NCBI GenBank assembly: GCA_038087875.1
Contig: CM075987.1
Span: forward strand, 17,486,001 to 17,550,000
Source of the DNA: Malacoraja senta
Taxonomy: Eukaryota
Length of the DNA: 64,000 nt
Direction: 5' to 3'
Part shown: positions 61,701 through 64,000 of the stretch, piece by piece
Layout: every line of letters starts with the position of its first letter
Numbering within the stretch: the first letter of the stretch is position 1
Translations under genes and position numbers: made by a program
The notes under the pieces: model-generated
Seen by the model: the letters and a program-made list of their open reading frames with translations, nothing else
Databases searched by the model: none
Told to the model about the DNA's origin: nothing

Positions 61701-62710
61701 TCTCTTTCATGTCTGGTGCACGGGACAAATGAACACTTGACCATGTTTGGCCGTCACTTCTTGCGTCATATCAGCACCTTGATGTTGCTTTAATATTGAC
61801 ACACGTACTGAAATACTATGTAAAACTTTGTGTGCTGTCCAGTCACATTGTGTACCCGACAATAGAACGATACCGTACAGGAACAATGCCGAGAATATCA
61901 AGTCCATCACATAATCCATGTCCCTTCACACCCTGCATATCCATGTGCCTATGCAAAAGACTTTTAAAAGCCACTAACATATCCACTTCAGCATGTTCCA
62001 GGCACTCACTAACCTCTGTGTAGAGACAACTTGCCCCGCACATCTCCTTTCACATTGCCCCTCACGTATTTGATTTCTCTATCGTAGGAAAGAGGTTCTG
62101 ACTGTCAATCCTCTCATAGTTTTATATACTATCGGAGCTCCCTGCAGCCTCTGGCGTTCCAGAGAAAATAATCTAACTCTATCCAAACTCTCCAATGCAG
62201 GCTTCATTCAGGCAAACCTCCTGTGCACCCTCTCCAAAGCCTCTGCCCCCCTTTGTGAATGCCCACCCAAGGCTTGGTGAAGGGGTCCACTCACCCGGTG
62301 CAGTTGCTGCAGTTGCTTGGCCAGGTTGGGTGCAGGGGATGTGTTTCTCATTCCACACTGAGCCGGCACCCTCTTCACATCTTCAGGCCTGTACATCAAA
62401 TGTTGCCCGCTCACAGATCCCCTCAGATGCTCGATGACGTAGGTCCGGTTACTGAGGACAATCAGGGCGCTGGGAGAGGGAGAGAAGATGCTCACTGTTG
62501 ACCCAAACTCTGATCAATGTTACGCCCAGCAGTTGCACAGTGAGCATCCCTGGCCCCGCGCTCACAGCCCAGTACGTTACCCAGCGAGCCACCCCCTCTC
62601 CGCACCCCCGCACCGCCGACCGGCCACGTGTACCTGAGTCCTGAGCAGGTGCTGGCAGACACGGCAGAGCCTCGCAGGCTTCTGATAAACCCCTCGTAGT
62701 AACACAAACC
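3821..62710 (-). CDS. ADAM metalloprotease-disintegrin gene (ADAM8/12/15/19/33 group, best guess ADAM15-like), partial; nine exons, 1059 nt / 353 aa in window
   Basis: Nine GT-AG-bounded exons splice with compatible phases into one ORF: GLCYYEG...STCSGLS ALIV...PAQCGM (Cys switch)...HRVKR DVF (furin site)...YIEMVLVAD...[12 protein letters not shown] (HExxHxxGxxH)...CVM (Met-turn)...[15 protein letters not shown]...[12 protein letters not shown]. The extra residue in CSSLGPCC and LLPRL resemble ADAM15 as I recall it; orthology not tested. Confidence 0.95.
4115..4640 (-). mobile_element. Rex/Babar-type LINE 3' fragment with nested Penelope-derived piece (about 4245-4392)
   Basis: Peptide [16 protein letters not shown]...TSRFRD; same 3' UTR near 35000 and 50700. 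Confidence 0.7.
6046..6535 (+). mobile_element. CR1 LINE APE endonuclease fragment
   Basis: MGDFN...[12 protein letters not shown]...LGGSDHN motifs. Confidence 0.85.
6685..6862 (-). CDS. ADAM exon (end of metalloprotease, start of disintegrin) [11 protein letters not shown]...[18 protein letters not shown], 178 nt
   Basis: Acceptor ctttattttcAG, donor GCG|GTGGGT; phase 2 to 0. Confidence 0.94.
9135..10263. repeat. About 90-bp degenerate tandem repeats within outer DIRS, interrupted by a CR1
   Basis: GCAGCTCCT(G/C)GTT...TTTTCCTCCCACTC...GGAGATGG units at 9135, 9227, 9317, with more diverged copies after 10100. Confidence 0.8.
9429..10093 (+). mobile_element. Young 5'-truncated CR1 LINE
   Basis: Uninterrupted ORF2 C-terminus to 10001, 3' UTR ending (TTTCTATG)n; 30-bp tandem duplication at 5' junction. 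Confidence 0.92.
11475..12550 (+). pseudogene. DIRS gag-like ORF1, frameshifted
   Basis: Fragments [46 protein letters not shown]. Confidence 0.65.
12713..14620 (+). pseudogene. DIRS RT / RNase H / adenine methyltransferase-like ORF, multiple frameshifts and stops
   Basis: [34 protein letters not shown] (YxDD mutated), [38 protein letters not shown]. Confidence 0.88.
14624..15590 (+). pseudogene. DIRS tyrosine recombinase, disrupted
   Basis: [51 protein letters not shown]; stop at 15188 and apparent deletion of the GW motif. Confidence 0.9.
18148..19140 (-). mobile_element. Rex/Babar-type LINE 3' part with (TTAC)n tail
   Basis: [46 protein letters not shown]. Confidence 0.88.
19150..19452 (+). 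mobile_element. CR1 3' end
   Basis: Matches other CR1 3' ends, (CTATTGT)n tail. Confidence 0.85.
19762..20138 (-). mobile_element. Second, shorter copy of the 18148 Rex/Babar 3' end, inserted in a minus-strand CR1
   Basis: Near-identical to 18148-18522 including (TTAC)n tail. Confidence 0.85.
20720..21580 (-). mobile_element. Degenerate CR1 RT fragments
   Basis: [24 protein letters not shown] motifs. Confidence 0.75.
21585..22075 (-). mobile_element. L2 LINE 3' fragment
   Basis: [24 protein letters not shown]...[14 protein letters not shown]...FKSRLKTYL; (GACTT)n tail; sister fragments 27697-27966 and 40380-40480/41630-41725. Confidence 0.88.
22473..24222 (-). mobile_element. Rex/Babar-type LINE, RT region to 3' end
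   Basis: [47 protein letters not shown]; ORFs 23407-24105 and 22731-23381. Confidence 0.9.
24379..25991 (-). mobile_element. Tc1 transposon, IR/DR type, full length, defective
   Basis: About 215-bp TIRs starting CAGTGGCTTGCAA, TA TSD, internal direct repeat TGCAAAAGT.TTCA. Confidence 0.97.
24597..25612 (-). pseudogene. Tc1 transposase with one frameshift (about 25410) and one in-frame codon loss
   Basis: [31 protein letters not shown]. Confidence 0.93.
26172..26447 (+). mobile_element. tRNA-derived V-SINE (HE1-like)
   Basis: A box GGTGGAGCAGCGGT, B-box-like GGTTTGATCCC, V-domain-like GTTTCCTCCCACATTCCAAAGACGTGC, tail GCTGTATCTCTAAACTAAA; 3' fragments also near 39730-39815 (+) and 63801-63888 (-). 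Confidence 0.82.
26694..26836 (-). CDS. ADAM catalytic exon with [12 protein letters not shown] zinc-binding motif and CVM Met-turn, 143 nt
   Basis: Acceptor ctcttcccAG, donor AG|GTAAG; phase 0 to 2. Confidence 0.96.
27040..27478 (+). mobile_element. CR1 3' end, same young subfamily as 9429-10093
   Basis: Near-identical to 9650-10093; nested in an older CR1. Confidence 0.9.
28114..28886. mobile_element. PIF/Harbinger-type MITE
   Basis: TIR TGGGCCTGTCCCACTTAGG.GA.TTTT / AAAATCGCCTAAGTGGGACAGGCCCA; flanks TAA / TTA. Confidence 0.82.
29627..29711 (-). CDS. ADAM exon [28 protein letters not shown], 85 nt
   Basis: Acceptor ctcttattacAG, donor CTG|GTGAGC; phase 2 to 0; GLA..SMC...SGGVN motif. 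Confidence 0.94.
30027..31667 (-). mobile_element. CR1 (minus) interrupted by a plus-strand CR1 3' end (about 30941-31308)
   Basis: ORFs 30114-30449, 30625-30981, 31298-31813 (-) and 30956-31219 (+); TCATC on both sides of the insert. Confidence 0.88.
32305..32670. repeat. GT-rich minisatellite, about 36-40-bp unit
   Basis: GCTGGGTGTGACTATGATGAGAGCAGGGTGGGTGTG.. repeated about 9 times, abutting an exon donor. Confidence 0.9.
32681..32850 (-). CDS. ADAM exon [19 protein letters not shown]...HNDNAHLI, 170 nt
   Basis: Acceptor gctcccacAG, donor TT|GTGAGT; phase 0 to 2. Confidence 0.94.
33020..34910. repeat. CA-rich and CCCA-rich low-complexity tracts flanking the 72-nt exon
   Basis: (CACACT/CACACC)n 33020-34430 and (CCCCA)n 34565-34910. 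Confidence 0.95.
34433..34504 (-). CDS. ADAM exon [24 protein letters not shown], 72 nt (not in ORF track)
   Basis: Acceptor cttcctttgtAG, donor CTG|GTGAGT; phase 0-0; RLLxIAN..D helix motif; lies between two simple-repeat tracts. Confidence 0.9.
35215..36410 (-). mobile_element. Two Rex/Babar-type LINE fragments, one nested in the other, with a 70-bp tandem triplication (about 36130-36355)
   Basis: [37 protein letters not shown] repeated. Confidence 0.78.
36725..37725 (+). mobile_element. CR1 RT to 3' end
   Basis: [22 protein letters not shown]; ORFs 36727-37206 and 37182-37580. Confidence 0.9.
39910..39975 (-). CDS. ADAM exon [22 protein letters not shown] (furin site, start of catalytic domain), 66 nt
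   Basis: Acceptor cttcctttcAG, donor [18 protein letters not shown] motif. Confidence 0.93.
40482..41622 (-). mobile_element. L2 LINE RT C-terminal part with (ATT)n tail, nested in another L2 3' end
   Basis: [43 protein letters not shown]. Confidence 0.9.
41726..42350 (+). mobile_element. CR1 3' part (continuation of 40225-40366)
   Basis: ORF 41861-42265 CR1 C-terminus and 3' UTR. Confidence 0.88.
42824..43035 (+). repeat. 5' LTR
   Basis: TATAAAT at 42894, AATAAA at 42991; 5 mismatches to 3' LTR by manual comparison. Confidence 0.97.
43127..47186 (+). CDS. Gag-Pol polyprotein (1245-aa ORF to 46864; probable true C-terminus in the frame ending 47186 after a frameshift near 46800-46815)
   Basis: Two CCHC knuckles, protease [17 protein letters not shown], RNase H TCDAS..YAQTEKE, integrase H..H..CSVC, SDNG, SNGLAER, then [17 protein letters not shown]. 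Confidence 0.95.
47268..47479 (+). repeat. 3' LTR
   Basis: Direct repeat of 42824-43035. Confidence 0.97.
49204..50660 (-). mobile_element. CR1 RT to 3' end with four tandem copies of the 3' terminal segment
   Basis: ORFs 50161-50559, 49874-50206; 72-79-bp units at 49204-49520. Confidence 0.88.
50690..52800 (-). mobile_element. Rex/Babar-type LINE interrupted by a plus-strand CR1 (about 51398-51990)
   Basis: [36 protein letters not shown]1 ORF 51348-51806. Confidence 0.82.
53620..56900. mobile_element. Non-autonomous TIR DNA transposon (hAT-like termini) inserted in (TA)n
   Basis: Imperfect TIRs CAGGGCTCTCGCTTAAC / GCTAATTTCGAGCTCTG, subterminal GTTGCC/CCGGGCAAC repeats at both ends, no transposase; TSD unresolvable in microsatellite. 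Confidence 0.65.
54754..55176 (+). mobile_element. 5'-truncated CR1
   Basis: ORF 54774-55079; TGATACT at 54586-54592 and 55177-55183. Confidence 0.9.
56977..57687 (-). mobile_element. Retroposon-like insertion within Helitron copy 2
   Basis: Absent from copy 1 at the homologous position; minus-strand AATAAA plus short TCTCTAA-type tail; CATTT on both sides. Confidence 0.6.
57688..57990. repeat. 48-bp tandem array A (inverted), about 6 copies
   Basis: Reverse complement of the unit at 22-895. Confidence 0.95.
58119..58170 (-). promoter_or_regulatory. Candidate Pol II core promoter (G-rich box, TATAAAA, Inr TCAGT) facing array A
   Basis: TATAAAA 58150-58144, Inr A at 58121 (29 nt downstream). 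Confidence 0.45.
58383..59095. repeat. 48-bp tandem array B, about 15 copies
   Basis: Unit TTCAACCCAAACCCCCCAAACAACCATTTGCAGGCAGTGCCTTTTCAC (58681 to 58729). Confidence 0.97.
59210..59260 (-). promoter_or_regulatory. Candidate Pol II core promoter (TATAAAA, CAGGAAGT, Inr TCAGT) facing array B
   Basis: TATAAAA 59242-59236, Inr A at 59212 (30 nt downstream). Confidence 0.45.
59815..61150 (-). mobile_element. CR1 RT to 3' end
   Basis: ORFs 60686-61000 and 59996-60439. Confidence 0.88.
62295..62469 (-). CDS. ADAM exon (prodomain, cysteine switch PAQCG), 175 nt
   Basis: Acceptor ccctctcccAG, donor CGG|GTGAGT; phase 2 to 0; [14 protein letters not shown]...LQQLHR. Confidence 0.92.
62634..62710 (-). 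CDS. ADAM exon (prodomain) [25 protein letters not shown], 77 nt
   Basis: Acceptor ctctcctcacAG, donor AG|GTAC; phase 0 to 2; CYYxG...STCSGL prodomain motif. Confidence 0.93.
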
Positions 62711-62806
62711 CTGTGAGGAGAGAGTTCAGTGTTAGCATTACCTTCACCACTCAGAGGCCCAGAGAGTGCGGCCATTACACGTCCCCCACAGCCAGCTCTC
62801 TCCCAA

Positions 62807-62952
62807 CATCAGCATCAACATCAGCATCAGCATCAACATCAGCATCAACATCAGCATCAACATCAACATCAGTATCATCAACATCAACATCAGCATCAAC
62901 ATCAACATCAGCATCAGCATCAACATCAGTATCATCAACATCAGCATCAACA
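62807..62952. repeat. (CAGCAT/CAACAT)n hexamer microsatellite
   Basis: Directly visible. Confidence 0.97.
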
Positions 62953-63429
62953 CAACCCTCCATGTTTGAGGAGGTGACGAGTGTGGGACGGTGGATGTTT
63001 ATTCCTCTATTCCCTCTATTCCCCCTCCTCCCCCACCCCTCTTATTTTCCCTGTTTGTGAAATATATAAGTGACTTGGTTGTAAATATAGGCAGGCAGAT
63101 TAGTAAGTTTACAGGTCAGACTAAAATTCAGACACAACCTGCCCACCTTTGCCTTCCGTCAGTTGACTCTCAGACTGTGTGGGTACCTTACCCCTGGGTA
63201 AGTGTACACTACCACAGTTGCCCTCATTGGCTCTCATCCCCAGGGAACTCTGGTAGATTAGACACATGTAGTATTCCTTTCATAAATCCATGCAATCTCT
63301 GCCCAACCCTGCCATTCATGTCAAGGTGATATGTTATTGCATCTTTCACTGTTGATCCCAGTATAATCCCTACCACTGACATCTGACAATCCAGAGTCCC
63401 TTGTTACCTCTGTCCCTCTTTCCAATACA

Positions 63430-63800
63430 GTCAGCTCACACTTGCTGCCCTCCAATTCACTCCTCATAACTTTTGACTCCCTTACTAATCAAGAACCTAG
63501 AAATTTTCGTTTTATAAGTACCAAATATTTTTACCTCCACAGCTGTCTGTGGCAATGAATTCCACAGATTCACCACCCTCTGGCTGAGTAAATTCCCCTT
63601 CATCTCCTTTCTAAAGGTATGCCCTTTTATTCTGAGGCTGTCACCTCTGGTCCTTGACTCCCCCATTAGTGGAAACATCCTCTCCACATCCACTCGATCC
63701 AGGCCTTTCGTTATCTGGTAAGTTTCAATGAGAACCCCACTGATCCTTCTAAACTTCAGCCCAGAGCTGTCAAACGCTCATCATATGTTAACTCAATCAT
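63430..63800 (-). mobile_element. CR1 3' fragment
   Basis: ORF 63457-63693. Confidence 0.82.
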
Positions 63801-64000
63801 TTTTAGTTTAGAGATACAGCGCGGAAACAGACCCTTCGGCCCACTGGGTCCGTGCTGACCAGCGATCCCCGCACATTAACACTATCCTAAATTAAGAATG
63901 ACTTGGAAAGAGAACTTCAAATTTCTCTATCTATAGAGAAATGGGAGAGGATTCTTCAATTAGTCAATACCTCCTCAATGTGTGCAAGACACACTCTGAT

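Noticed and set aside
62713..63060. Poly-HQ, poly-ML, ST-rich ORFs
   Set aside because: Hexamer microsatellite translations.
63190..63250. Possible further upstream ADAM exon (AG...GTAAGG)
   Set aside because: The required phase contains a stop and the peptide has no ADAM similarity.

Overview
Eukaryotic genomic DNA, most likely from a cartilaginous fish (inferred from HE1-like V-SINEs and abundant HER1/CR1-type LINE fragments). The only host gene I can support is a spliced ADAM-family metalloprotease-disintegrin on the minus strand (best guess ADAM15-like). It has nine exons between 62710 and 3821 that join in frame into 353 aa: prodomain end, cysteine switch, RVKR furin site, [12 protein letters not shown] zinc motif, Met-turn and the start of the disintegrin domain. 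The gene runs off both window ends. Its introns are almost entirely transposable elements: a near-intact Gypsy (Mag-like) LTR element inside a Hero non-LTR element, a DIRS1 element nested in an older DIRS1 relative, an IR/DR Tc1, two Harbinger-type MITEs, a hAT-like non-autonomous element, Penelope fragments, many CR1, L2 and Rex/Babar LINE pieces, and two inverted copies of a non-autonomous Helitron-like element. The most unusual structure is that Helitron-like element: two duplicated modules, each a roughly 300-bp leader with a correctly spaced TATA+Inr pointing into its own homogenised 48-bp tandem array. Also notable are a multi-step templated-insertion scar at a CR1 5' junction and a 28-bp TIR-only element with an 8-bp TSD. 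Family assignments come from motif recognition, not database searches, and LINE fragment boundaries are approximate.
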